From: Chlorokybus atmophyticus
Lineage: Eukaryota; Plantae; Mesostigma and Chlorokybus algae
Direction: 5' to 3'
Length of the DNA: 64,000 nt
NCBI GenBank assembly: GCA_009103225.1
Contig: RHPI01001010.1
Span: 124,001-188,000 of the forward strand
Below, piece after piece: positions 49,561-62,449 of the stretch (position 1 is its first letter; the number at the start of each line of letters is the position of its first letter). The notes under the pieces were generated by a model. The model did no database searches. It was not told the DNA's origin and saw only the letters and a list, made by a program, of their open reading frames with translations. A program made the position numbers and the translations under genes.

Positions 49561-50714
49561 TTCAGACAACGTATCCTTGAAGTTTGTGTTTATATAAGCT
49601 TAGTTGAATTGGTCGAGTTGAGCCAATTAAGATTGAAGCTGCTTGAAAACAATGCTATCACAATATGCGTCTAAATTGAATAATTGTGACACTGCCATAT
49701 TTAGTTGGTTACCACGTTATCACTCTGCATAACCAACAAGTTATGTTGTTTTTGAGCATACTCGGTTACCTAACTGCACAACTTCAGAAATAACTAACAA
49801 AGAACTACACATTACATTAACAAAAGTAGGTACCTAACATAATTGGCAGTTCCCAGCCCTACTTGAGCGGCATGAGTTTCACGCAGTTCATGTCATGCGT
49901 GTGATCGCCGTAACGCAAAGACAGCTTCACGCTGACGTCAGAAAACCTTGTCCGGCGCAGATATTGTCGATTATTGACACATGTTGACGGACCATTGGCG
50001 CTGCTGACGATTCATGACGCGCAAGCAAACAAAATCAAACCTGCTGAGCAGTGCTGACAGGCCCACTGCAAACCTGCTAACTGAACAAATGCCTCCAGCT
50101 CTTGGTCATGATGCACCACGACTCGTGCGTGAGTTAGGGTAAGTGTATCCAACTTCGGTCATTTAGTAATTTCGGACGATGCTGTTGACCGCGCTCGGCC
50201 ATGCCCGTTAGCAGTGAGCAACACTGTTTTTGTGACCTGCAAGTGACGCTGCCGTATCAATTGTGGTGGGAAGAGCATTTATCGGTATCGCGCGCTGCAA
50301 CTGGCGGCTATATCTGAAGGTGTCCAAACTTGAGGCTGTGCTGCCGCCGTTCTGTGCCAGGCCATAGCCGGCGCCACATCGCTCCAAACAAACCACGCAT
50401 TGGACAGCAAGTTGCGCCGTTTCATGTAGATAGTTTTTCAATTTAATGGCACCCTCAATGGTGGTGTATACCGTTCAGTCGAACCTTGTCGGCAAAAGTG
50501 TCCGAAGAATGGTGCACTCACCTATGACGCTGCGTCGATTGGGCTGGCTGCGGACTTGAAAACTTGTCAAGTCCTCAACTGTGCTGCTGGCATTGAATTC
50601 CGTTGCAGCGTCATGAGAGAGTGCCACTCTGCTTGGCGGCAAACGCCAGCGTTGTGTGGTTAGGGTTTGGGGCCGGCGGTGTCGCTGGCGGTGTCGTTGG
50701 CGTCAGGGGTCAGC

Positions 50715-51673
50715 ATGGCGGGGACCGCCGCGGCTGCGGCCGTCCTCGCCGCCTGCGTCTCGTCCGCCGCATCGTCTGCGTTCAGGCCAGGTCCCGCAGG
50801 AGGAGCGCCCAACCTGGGGCCGCCTCAGGGCGGGCCGGCGCCAGGGGCCTCTCTCGCAGGCGCTGCTACTGAGCGGCGGTCCAGCCGGCGGCGCCCCCTT
50901 GCTGGCGCATATCTTTTTGCCTGCATCTCCTCCTCATCCTCCTCTTCATCAGCTGCCGTCGCCACTGCTGACGGCGCTCAGGCCTCTGTCATGCCTCCCC
51001 CTGCCAAGCACCTCCAGGCAAGCTAGGGTCTGGTCGTAGTCGTAGTCGTAGTCCTTGTGGTTGTCGCTTGCGCTAATAAGCGTCGTCACTGCAGGTGCGG
51101 GGTGACCCGGAGACGCTGGTGGTGCCGTCGTGCTCGTTGAGGAGCAGAGGCCGCAGGAGGAGACGCAGCGGGGGCGGCGGCGGCGCGGGCGACGACGGGG
51201 GAGGCCCCGAATACGAGGGCGGCGGTGGCTGGGGCAGTGGCTCTTCCGGCTGGAACAGTGGCGGGGGATCCGGCGGTTGGGGCCACAGTTGGGGTTCGGG
51301 CGAACCTGCGTATGGCGACTGGAACACAGGTACACGCCTCTACCAGCCCGCTGTTTCGCACAGTTCTAAAACAAGCAATTCATTTTGAGTTTTGTGAACA
51401 AGGAGGCCTCCACTGCATGATGGTTCTCTCGCAGCAGTTCTTCACTTACTTCTGTTGCTGACTGGTTAATGTCAATATGCAGGTGCGCAGGGGTTTGTGT
51501 ACAGAGCATTGTGCTGGCTGTCGCTTTCGCGCTGCGTGCAGTTTGTGTTAGGGGAGTTTGTGCATGTGCACAGCAAGCTTAGCTTAGGCGTTGGAGACGC
51601 ACACAAGCCGCACCACCCCCCGCGCATCCGCCCACACATCCACCAAGCGGAGCAGCCCATTGCCTGTGCATGA
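50715..51673 (+). CDS. Conserved plant-type glycine-rich hypothetical protein (probably plastid-targeted)
   Basis: Ala/Ser-rich N-terminus and RRRSGGGGGAGDDGGG...GGWG tract. C-terminal FVYRALCWLSLSRCVQF resembles a motif I recall from uncharacterised plant proteins. Three exons read in frame using a GC donor at 51018. Confidence 0.6.
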
Positions 51674-52237
51674 GCACCTGCCGCACCCTTCACTCCTGGT
51701 TGGTCGCGTGCATGGGGCATCATTTAAAAAAGGAGACATGCAATGTCACTGCCTCCTCAGGTGCCAAGCCCAGCACGCAGTTGCACCACCTTGTAGCTGT
51801 ACATATGAACAGAATACGCACACATCACGGGTTGAGATAGTACATATTGTAAGCCTCTGCCTTTTGTAAATAGGGCCGCTCGCGGTGTTCAGCATTAGCA
51901 TTGCTAGTGTTAGGGCAGGGCAAGGCCCCCTGCTTAGTTGTATTTGTGGTTCAGGTTGCTCCCATAATGGTTGCTTGGTAGCCACGACAGGTTCAGGATT
52001 GCACCTGCCATGCACACGCAAGTTGTAGCAGCACTTGGTGCATGCACTGTGGTTACACCAACTTAAGCAGAACTAAAAGCATCTGGTCATGCGCAAGGTC
52101 AGTGCAGGGTAGGGGCAGGATATGTATGGGAGTTCAGTCTAGTGTTGATATGACTGGCAGGTTTGGCACAGTATTGCACAGGCGCCTGTTTTTTATTCCA
52201 TCACCAGTGCCGCCTATTGCTGCAATGAGCAAGGGGG

Positions 52238-52633
52238 CTTCCCACTCCTCGCCCGCCTTGAGAACGATAGGCGTGCCGATGGCGCCGGCCTCCACGCACA
52301 GGAACACCTTGTACTCCTCGTCGCCAAGGTCGGCCGTCGCCTTGGCCTTGTCAATCCAAGGGTTCCAAACCACTGCCGCAAGAAAGCAATATGACCGATT
52401 CAAAGTTGAAGCATTGAACGACAGTGTGATTGTATGATATTAAGTCACCTGCGTCGGGAAGGTTGCTCTTTGTGATGGTGATGGATCGCTTGTTGCCGCC
52501 GTCGGCGATGACAATTGTGTTTGGGGCGTTGAGGTAAATGCGATCAACCTGCGCATCATAATGCCGTGGTGTTGACTTACTGGAATCGCAACAAACTGCG
52601 CCAGGCATGATGTTGTAAAAGCACATGTGGCAA
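52238..52633 (-). repeat. 396-bp copy of 42161-42556 (last exons of the epimerase gene), next to N at 52634
   Basis: Identical sequence including introns that ends exactly at the single N. Confidence 0.85.
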
Positions 52634-54615
52634 NAGGGAGGGCTCTATGTACAGAATATGCGAGAGGGGTATGCCCATTCTGACCACACCATGCATGCAC
52701 TCTGCAGCAAACACTCACCTCATTGCTACATACACGACCACCGGGCTACCTACTCTACTCCTACACCTACATCTACGCCCCCCTGTTAGTCATGCATGCG
52801 CATACCAGCACACCCCTTTTGTACATGTTGCAGTCGTGGTTGCCTGCAGCAGCGCCACCTGATCAGCGGCCCATTTGTAGGAGCACCAGCGGTCACCACA
52901 GCAGCAGGACTCGGACTCCCCCTCCTCTCTCTCCCCCACACCCTCCCTCCCACCATCTTGACGCCCTGCCGTCCAGTAGACCGCAACTGCATCGCTGCAG
53001 CCAGAGTTAGGGTTTGCGCCCATTGGCGCGCAACATGCAGTCCTAAGCATGGTATGCAGCACATGATGGAGGTGAGTGTGGTTGTGGTTAAGTGTCCATG
53101 CATGTGTCGTGCATGTTGCATACATCACGTACATATTTTGTACACTGCTGTCGCTGCGCTGCTGTGTACACTGCGGTCCTTCACAAGGGCATTACAGGAA
53201 TTGCTCCCCATGTACTTGCCGTTGCTGGCTTCCCTGTCATGCATGGTGCTACTCAAGGCGGGCGAAAGCACTAAGGATATACCATACATGGTGCTCCCGG
53301 TCCAGCATCTACGATACATGAATCGCACACCAGTCTATCTTAATTATAAATCTATACATCATACATGCAGCCACACTGCTTCCACGTGCTCGCATCTCAC
53401 ACCACACTCGACACAATCACACTGAGCCTGAACGGCGAACATACACCCTATGCCATAACATAGGGTAGTAGCCAGGCGCTCACCTGTATAGCATGTGCCA
53501 ACCTGGGTTGCCACTGGCCATGTACTGTCTCATGTCACCATACCAGGGCGTAGTGCGTGTTATACGCACTACGCCCAGAACATGCGAGAGGTGTATGCCC
53601 ATTCAGACCACACCACGCATGCAACACTCTGCGGCAAACACTCACCTCGCTTGCTACATACACGACCACCGAGCTACCTACTCTACTACTCTCTGTGATT
53701 CGTATGCAGAGATGCCAATGAGTTCATCGGTCCTATTGATGAGATCACTATGTCTACAAATGAGCAGGTAGAGAAGAGCAGCTTAGGTGCCCACATCGAG
53801 CAACAGTTATTGGCTGCCACAACTGGATTGCCATGGCCACAGTAATGGTATCATTTATGGTGCAACACTTGGTGCATCATACAATACTTGAAGCTAACAT
53901 AAAAGCCATAGTCATTCAAATAAGTGTTGCACCAGGAAAATAAGTATCATCATATATCGACGTAGCAAGGCTACGGCTTGAGGAGCAAAGTCTGCGCACA
54001 ATCTATGGTACACCCTGTATAAGCGAGGCATGGACGAAAAAATATGAGGAAGCTTGGCTTTAAATAAAATTTCCTTAAACGCGAACCAAGTATATGCGCA
54101 CAACTTCAGCAACTGCGGAGAAGGGGGCCAAATCATGTGCGCATAACTCAGCAAGTAAATGTATGTGTAACAAAACTACTGGATGTCTCGCGCTTGCTCC
54201 AATACAGCGCACGTATGATTAATAAGTAGTGCACATGATATGCTATGCCATGTGGGATGTGTGCCATGAGCTTGCTCAAGCATTATGCCTGTTGCTACAT
54301 ATACGCTCGTGGGAAAACTAAGTGCAAACCATGAGCCCTAATGATCAAATTGAAGACTTTAACTCAGCAATCCCAAGGATTCAAGCCAAATGCAAAAAAC
54401 ATACAAGTATGACATTACTTGAGGGTCAAATCAAGACTTGGTCAAAAGTCAAAAAGCTAAAACCCTCAATTAGCAACGAGCAAGAAGGGCAACATGCAAC
54501 TAACAGCATTGCCAACTTGCAGAGCATGGCTTGGGTGGTATTGATATTGAGCACCTGTTTTTACTTGAAACTCCATGTCCATGAAGTTGCATGGCAATCT
54601 CTCCAACCCTAACCC

Positions 54616-54961
<346 letters not shown>

Positions 54962-56125
54962 NTGAATGACTGTTCCACACAATGGGCACAACCAAGTTAT
55001 CATTGGCAATATCATGCACACGATATGCTAGCATGCGTAGCTGCCTACCCAGTACACATGTCTCAGAAGTGCATTTACCTATCAAGTTAAGCATGAGGGT
55101 TTCATGCATGTCACCAACATCCCATCGCGTCTTTATACACCTACCTATCACTCTCACATCACATATTCATATAGTAAATAACTTCATTGCTAGTTAGTGA
55201 GGCCATATCGTTTACAAGCTTAAGCAGACCTGTCAGAAGCGCCTTCCATTTTGGTACTCCTGGTGGATTCATCGATTGCATGGAGCCCATGCATGGTGAA
55301 TCGCAATCGGTATGCGCTATAAAAGCTGAGTAGTGAAGTGCTCAAGGACCTGCTCTCTCTTTACTATTACGAAAAGCGTGTGTTGCTGGCTACATAGCCA
55401 TCTCCATGCCTACCGTCACAACACAACAGTACACTACACAACACAACATCAGTCGCTGTCTATGCCGGCACGCATGGCAGCACTGCACTATACCACTGCA
55501 ACGGCCAGCATGGCGCAAGTGCGGCATGCCTCCGCTGCAATGTTATGAACCACCATTTGCATGCATCAACCACTGCGTGCCTCATAAATGCAGCATTCAG
55601 GAATTTGCTACAAGATGGACTTACACGCACACATATTGTACACACTGTCCACTCTGCATGTTACATATGCTGAGCGAAGAACCCAAACCCAACCCTGTAC
55701 AATGACTGTGTGTCAAGAATATAGAAGCAGCTGACAACGTCCTCTGCCATGCGCTAATTATACATGTAGCTATACACCACTTCCACAACTGTCCACGTGG
55801 CCAACGCTATACAACCTGCAAACCACAAGCCACAAGAATGATATAAGCATGATACAAGCAACAAGAATGATAATAACCTGACCAACAGGCGTGCGATATC
55901 CCAAGCAATAACCATGCGTATCCTCAGATTTAGCAGGATGCACATGGTTGGATTGTTACTATGCGCACTAGAGCAGCAAGCAGAAGGGAAGCGAGGCAGC
56001 TGCAAGTTAAAGCCCATGCAAGATCGCGTATTTCCAAGCAATGCCTAGCAACATCTGTGCATGCCAGGCATTGGCAAGCATTAGGCATTGTGTTGCACAC
56101 AGCGTGCATGCGTCTGAGGCCATTA

Positions 56126-58096
56126 TCACATTCTTGCCTTGAAGATGGCGAGCACGACAATGAGCAGCACAACCACCAGCAGCAGCACCATGAAGTACGC
56201 GCACGTGCTGCCGCCCTTCTTGAAAAGCTTGTTCATCCGGCCTTGCGCACGCTGCCAACACATACGCACACAGCAACATTCATTGCTGGAGGTCACCCGT
56301 TCAAGTATACACACTCTTGTACTTGTAAACTCACTTTTATGTTTCTCCGCGTGTGATCAACATCATCATCCAGGTCATCCAGCAGATGTGTGTGCAAGTC
56401 TAGCTCCTCATTGATCGTGAGCGCGATGTGCTTTGATGATGTGACCAACTTGCTCAGGCCCTCCAGCTCCTCGTCTTGGTCTGCGACCAACACGTGTCAT
56501 ACACCAATGTGGGCACGCGTGTAGCTGCGATGACGCATTTCTCTGCATGCGCGGTTGTTCGTCGCGCCCGTGTGATATGTGTAATCTATCTTTGGGGAGC
56601 GCATACCGACTGCACCGCATGAACCTCAGCCGCACAGCCCCTCGACTCCCCATTAGACGCTGCTCATTGCTCTCAAGGCCACAGACTAACAAGCTCTTGT
56701 GTGATGGGGAACATGGTGTGCATCTGAACATTCACTGACACACACGCGCGCGCGTGTGCGCGTGTGTAAGAGTATGTGCGTACATCTGCACAACCACTGT
56801 TGCATACCTCTCATGAGCTGTGTTTGGAGCTGTAGGATGCCGGATGAGTCCAGGTCAGCCGTGCGATCGGTCTCCCTGGCTTTGCCATTGGCGGCGGCGC
56901 CATCCGCTCCCGCCAGCAGCGCACTCTTGTCCCCGGCCGGTTGCGCGATCGCGCCCTGCGCCCTTGCCACCGCAGCGTGCAACGTCTGCGCAAGTTTGTG
57001 GTGCAGGTTGGCATTTGACATAAAAGGATCTCAGCAGTGCATGTGAATCCTGCATGCATGTCTGCTGCGTTGAACATGCCTGTTTTGGTCTGCACAACTC
57101 AACACGTACGAGCACATGTCAGACTGTATGCACACGTGCTTGCGCACGCACGTGTCTGTGCGCATGTACGTGTACGCATGTGCGCATGCGCCCAGGAGTA
57201 AAGCTAGTCAGAATAACAGACACACGCAACAAACTCTGTCACAGCAGCAGCGACAACCACCACCACCACCACCACCACCACAAATACCCTTGTGTTCGCA
57301 CATGCACGCGCGTATTCATGCGCACAAGCGTGCCCATGCGTTGTTGTTGGAGGGTACTCACGCAAGCATACACACTGGACGCACCTACAAACACATGACA
57401 GCGGACCCGCATACCTGTGCCAAGTCCTGGCGTCTCGATCTCTCCCGTTCCGACAGCGTGCGGTCCTGCCCGGCATCGCGTCGAAGCGTGTCCGCGCGGG
57501 CCAGCAGCAGAGTCAGCTTCCGCCGTGCCGCTGCCGCCGCTGTGCGCGCACTGCCACCTCCCCCTCTTGAGGGACCATCCTGCGTGTGAGAAGAAGGGCA
57601 TCACGAGGGTGAGAACGCTCACTCTTCAGCTTGATCTGTCAGACAGAGTGGCTGTTGATTGAACAATAATGGGTGATGAGATTTGTTCATGTGAATGGTA
57701 TGCAGCGCATTGTACCTTGCTCAAGTACGTGTGATGGAGGACAATGGACCAACTGAACTAAGTGTTGTGGTGTTGAGTGCAGCAGCCACAATCGTGCTCT
57801 GTGCCAACACCACACAAAATAGCTTGCTTGTTTGCTTGTCGGTATGCTGGTTGATGAGATGGTATGCACACATGGTGTTTGAAAGCACAACTGAAAGTAC
57901 AACTACAGCAGGCGATACTAACGTTGATGGACACTCAGAAGGTTTGTTTGACGATGAGAAGAGAGCTGACCTGGACAGACGGGCCGGCGGCGGAGGTGGC
58001 GCGGTGCTGTAGGGCCGTGGCGAGCGCCTCCTCGGCGGCGGCCTTCACGTCCTCGTACTCCCGCAGCCACACCTCACCCTCCCTCCCCGTCGCCAT
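56126..58096 (-). CDS. SYP5: Qc-SNARE syntaxin, SYP5 (syntaxin-8) family
   Basis: N-terminal WLREYEDVK and ARRKLTLL..SERERSRRQD. SNARE motif MRDQDEELEGLSKLVTSSKHIALTINEELDLHTHLLDDLDDDVD. C-terminal TM CAYFMVLLLVVVLLIVVLAIF. Confidence 0.9.
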
Positions 58097-58155
58097 CGCC
58101 TCCACCGCCGCCGCCTCCACCGCCGCCCCGGTCAACGCCACCAACAATGCCGCCC

Positions 58156-58164
58156 AAACCCTAA
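58156..58164 (+). promoter_or_regulatory. Telo-box AAACCCTAA in the SYP5/ZFWD divergent promoter
   Basis: Exact match. The same motif occurs at 31513-31521 (C3H/PRMT5 promoter) and, reversed, at 50660-50668, 53007-53015 and 36-44. Confidence 0.5.
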
Positions 58165-58339
58165 CCAAGAATTATTCTCCCCAGAGCCAAGCAGCAGGCG
58201 GCGGCGGCGGAGGACGAGGACAAGGAGGAGGAGGAGGAGGAGGACGGGAAGGGTTGGGAGTGAGGGATAGTCGTCATGGAGAGGAGGTGGGCGACGAGGA
58301 GGAGGCGGAGGAGAACGTTGTTGTAGTAGTGGTTGTTGC

Positions 58340-60772
58340 ATGGGGGATCGCCGTCGCCTGGGTGGGGACAGCACCATGCAGACGGAGGCGGCGAGGCAGG
58401 GCGGCAGCGTCGGCGGCAAGAGTGTGTGCAGGTACTTCGCCGCCGGGCTGTACTGCAAGCGTGGCGACAAGTGCCAGTTTGCCCACAGCCTCCTCCCCGC
58501 AAGCACAAGCAGAAACGGCGGAGGCGCCTCCGTCAGCAACGGCGGAGGCGGAGGCAGCAAGCGTGGCAGCGCTGAAAGAGGAGGAGGAGGCGGATCTTCC
58601 TCAAGAAGTGCGCGCGACGGAGGGTGGGGCAGCAGCAGGGACAGGGACTCTGGCAGCAGGTACGATCCAGATTCCATGCTGTGCGTTGCTTCCTCTCTTA
58701 CATGCTTTGGATTGGGTATGGCACAGGTGTGTTGATTGCATGGATTCCACTACCATATCTCAATGATCGTTCTCTCTGCACCGTTGCATGTACAATGTGT
58801 TGCTGTGTTGTATGTGAAGTCTTGCATAGAGTGTAAAGTCTTGCATAGGAGTAGTTACAGGAGACAGAGAGAGCGAGAGCAGTCCCAGCACAGGGTTCTA
58901 CTTTATAGTGGGTTTCATTTCATTTATTCACCTTGCAGGAATCGGCGGAGCAGGGGAAGGGACGACAGGGGCTCAAGTAGACGTGCACAAAAGCTGGTAA
59001 ATTGCGAAATATATGGCAGCTTGGTTGATCAACTTGGCAAGAAGTTTGTCTACGTTTTCATGTGTTGGACACACGCAACAGCTGATCTGTTGTGTTGGTT
59101 GTTGCTCTGTGTCACAGTGTCAGTATTGGGTTGCTGGTGACTGCAAGAAGGGCACCTCATGCGCTTTCCTCCACGCGCACACGTCCACGCCGGACATGGA
59201 GAAGCTGGCTGACCTGGTCGGCCACGATCGCGGCCTGCGCGCCCTCGCCCTCGCGCTCACCAACCCCGCCGCACCGCAGCTATACTCGGGCGGACAGGAT
59301 CGCACCGTGCGCGTGTGGGACTGCACATCAGGCCAGGTGCGGGGTTGGATCTATGGATTTGCATGTCATTATTGTTGTTGTGATGTACGCTATCAAAGCC
59401 CACACTCTGTGTACTGCAGTGCACGTCTGTTGTGGATGTTGGCGGGGAGGTGACGAGCATCCTCGTAGAGGGCGGGTGGCTGTTTGTTGGGTTGACAAGC
59501 GAGATACGCTGTTGGAACATGGCGACGGGCACGCAGCTATCGCTCGCGGGGCACCAGGGATCCATACACGCGCTCCACGTGTTCAACACACTCCTCTTCT
59601 CCGCTGCACAGGTCCTAGTCTGTTTTGTGTGCTGTGCAGTGGTTGCTTCACGCATTTCGAATTGAGGCTCGGTTATTTATGCATCCGAAAGTGCTCATTA
59701 AAGTACTGTGTTTACGCCGACGCATGTTGACTTGTGACAGGATGCAACGATCAAAGCGTGGAAGTTCAACCCAACAGTGAACTCGTTCGAGTGCGTGGCG
59801 ACACTTGTGGGACATGGTGCGCCTGTGTTGGCGCTGCAAGGGCTTGGCGCGTACCTGTACTCGGCTTCCTGGGACAAAACAATAAGGGTGCGTGCAGCGT
59901 CTTTGCTTATCTGCTGCTGGGGGCAGTTTCGTACATATCTAGTAGAGTATCAACATCATTAACTTGGTCGTGAGTATCGCTAGAGGTGTCATCGTCGTGG
60001 GTGTTATTACTATTGTTATTGAAGGATGATGATGATGGTGCTTATTGGTTGTATTTTTATCATTACTTCTCCTTTGCCTCACGCTGTTGCGTGATCATAT
60101 ACAGGTCTGGGATCTGGCGAGCGGGCAGTGCGTGCAGAGCGTGGAGGCGCACACGCATGTCGTGATGAGCCTCCTTGTGTGGGAAGGCCACCTACTGTCG
60201 TGCTCCCTTGACGGCTATATCAAGGTGGGAAGCTAGTATGCATGTCATTCGCTTGTTGATTGCGATTGTGAGACCGACATAATCCTCTGCTGCGTTAGAT
60301 TTGGGGTCAAGGGAGCAGCGGGCAGCTGGACCAGGTGCACGTGCATCCGGACGATGATGAGGGGGAGAAAGGGATGGAGGCCATGGGAGGCGGTGCGCTC
60401 GCGCTGTGCGGCACGGTGGACGCGCAAAACAAGCCAATTTTGCTGTGCGCTTACAATGACAACTCCACAAGACTCTGGGAACTGCCGAGGTGAGCCCATG
60501 TTGACATGTGTGTGCGTGCGCATGCGCCGTGTGTGTGCGCAGGTGTGCGCGTGTTTGTTTGCAGACAGAACACCATGCAAAGTCATTTGTGTGTGTGATG
60601 CGCCTCTCATGCATTGTTCGTCTTGTTTGGCAGCTTTGCAGACAGAGGGTCTGTGTACACGCTCGCGGAGGTGCGCGCTCTCGGCGTTGGGCCGGCCGGC
60701 ACGTTTTTCACGGGGGACTCGAGTGGCGCACTCAAGGTCTGGCGATGGCTGCCTGGACCCGCGGTCGGATGA
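58340..60772 (+). CDS. CCCH zinc-finger + WD40 repeat protein (plant ZFWD family)
   Basis: Two CCCH fingers (CRYFAAGLYCKRGDKCQFAH and CQYWVAGDCKKGTSCAFLH). WD repeats LYSGGQDRTVRVWD, LFSAAQDATIKAW, LYSASWDKTIRVWD, LLSCSLDGYIKIW, FFTGDSSGALKVW. Confidence 0.9.
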
Positions 60773-61913
60773 CACTCATGCGACATCAGCTGTCAACCTT
60801 GTGTTGTACATGTCGAGCGATGGGGCGCCAAAACTGCCATGTGCAGCAAAGACAGACACCCAGTGCACCAGAGTGTACATATACAGTGATGTGGTATCCA
60901 TGCCCGCCTGTGATCTGCACACGACATCACTCTGTGCACACCCCAACGCCACATATCCTCTACACGCGAGTGACTGGTGAAGCCAACGCACTTGTTGGCA
61001 CGCAAACCAGCTCAAGTTTTGGGGCCGCTTCAACCTGATGCATGCTGGACTGTTGCAGCCTGATTCGCCAGCCAAGGTGCAATGCAGAGAGACAAGAGTC
61101 GTACGCACCGCTGCAGCACGTAGAACTCTTTGTTGCTGTATCTGTTAGCCTATCTGTGGTGTATTAGCCAGTTGTTATTCCCCTACTTGGGTTGTACTAC
61201 TAAACAGCTATCTATCCTGATCCTGATTGGCACCAGGGTCTGGCCAGTTGCCGTGGTGTTGGCGTGCTTTGTCAAGTGCAGTGCAAGCTAGCGTGCCACA
61301 ACTGTGAAATCATATTGGCTTGGCATTGAGATTGCCAACTGCGTGCCTGGCTGACAACCTGTTTTCGACTGCCATAGCTTGTTTCCACATCCAACTGCAA
61401 AGGACAGTTGAATGTTGCGATGTCTATATTATGATGGTGGCATCAAGTCACCAATGCCAATTGTGCCTCTCGCCACACATGAAACCTCCTAAAGCGCTTG
61501 TTCAATGTGTTGCACATTTGATTGAGTTCTTTATTGGCATTGGGCTGTGCGCCAAGTACCGTGCAAGCTTGATGCCTTTGTTTGGCTCTGTGAGATTCAT
61601 TGCTTTGCTCTCAGCCTGGACCGCACTGATGTTGCAGCATGCAAACGGCAAGGCGTAAGCTGATGTGATAATCACAACAGCATCACGACACCCGGAAAAG
61701 AATATGAACGTACCCAATGCAGTAGCAATGTTTGTCCACTGCTTGAGCACAGGCTTACACCACTATACGCCAATAAGACTCTGGCATTGAATATGCCGTA
61801 TCTTTCTGAACAAGCCTCTTTCCGATATTCAACGCAATACATCTATGCAATCAATACCACCAACCAGATGCCTCCCCATGCAACACACAACTATCACTGT
61901 CTCACACACATTG

Positions 61914-62252
61914 TCATCCGCCAGTGCCGCGAGAGTTGACAACCTTCCCAAGCCCAGCGGCTTTCAGCAGCGCAGCCATGGTTTGGGCCTCAGTAGCGCC
62001 GTCATGGCTATCGCCACTAGAATCCACGGCAGCATCGCCAACAACATCGCTGCCGTTGTTGTTGTCGTTGGCCAGAAGCGCGGCGTCGAGGTGAAGCTTC
62101 CTTTGCGCTATACGCATGATGTCCTCGTCAACAGTCCCCTCAGTCACCAACCTGTGTGACAAATGTCAACATGTCTTTCAACAGTGTCATCACACACACT
62201 TACCCACCAACATACGCACACGTGTGGGCACGTAGGCACGCACGCGCACAGC

Positions 62253-62297
<45 letters not shown>

Positions 62298-62379
62298 GCG
62301 CGCACGCACACGCACACGCACACGCACACGCACACGCACACGCACACGCACACGCACACGCACACGCACACGCACACGC

Positions 62380-62449
<70 letters not shown>

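Noticed and set aside
57864-58766. 300-aa plus-strand ORF
   Set aside because: It runs antisense to SYP5 exon 1 and off-frame through ZFWD exon 1. It is a GC-rich low-complexity artefact.
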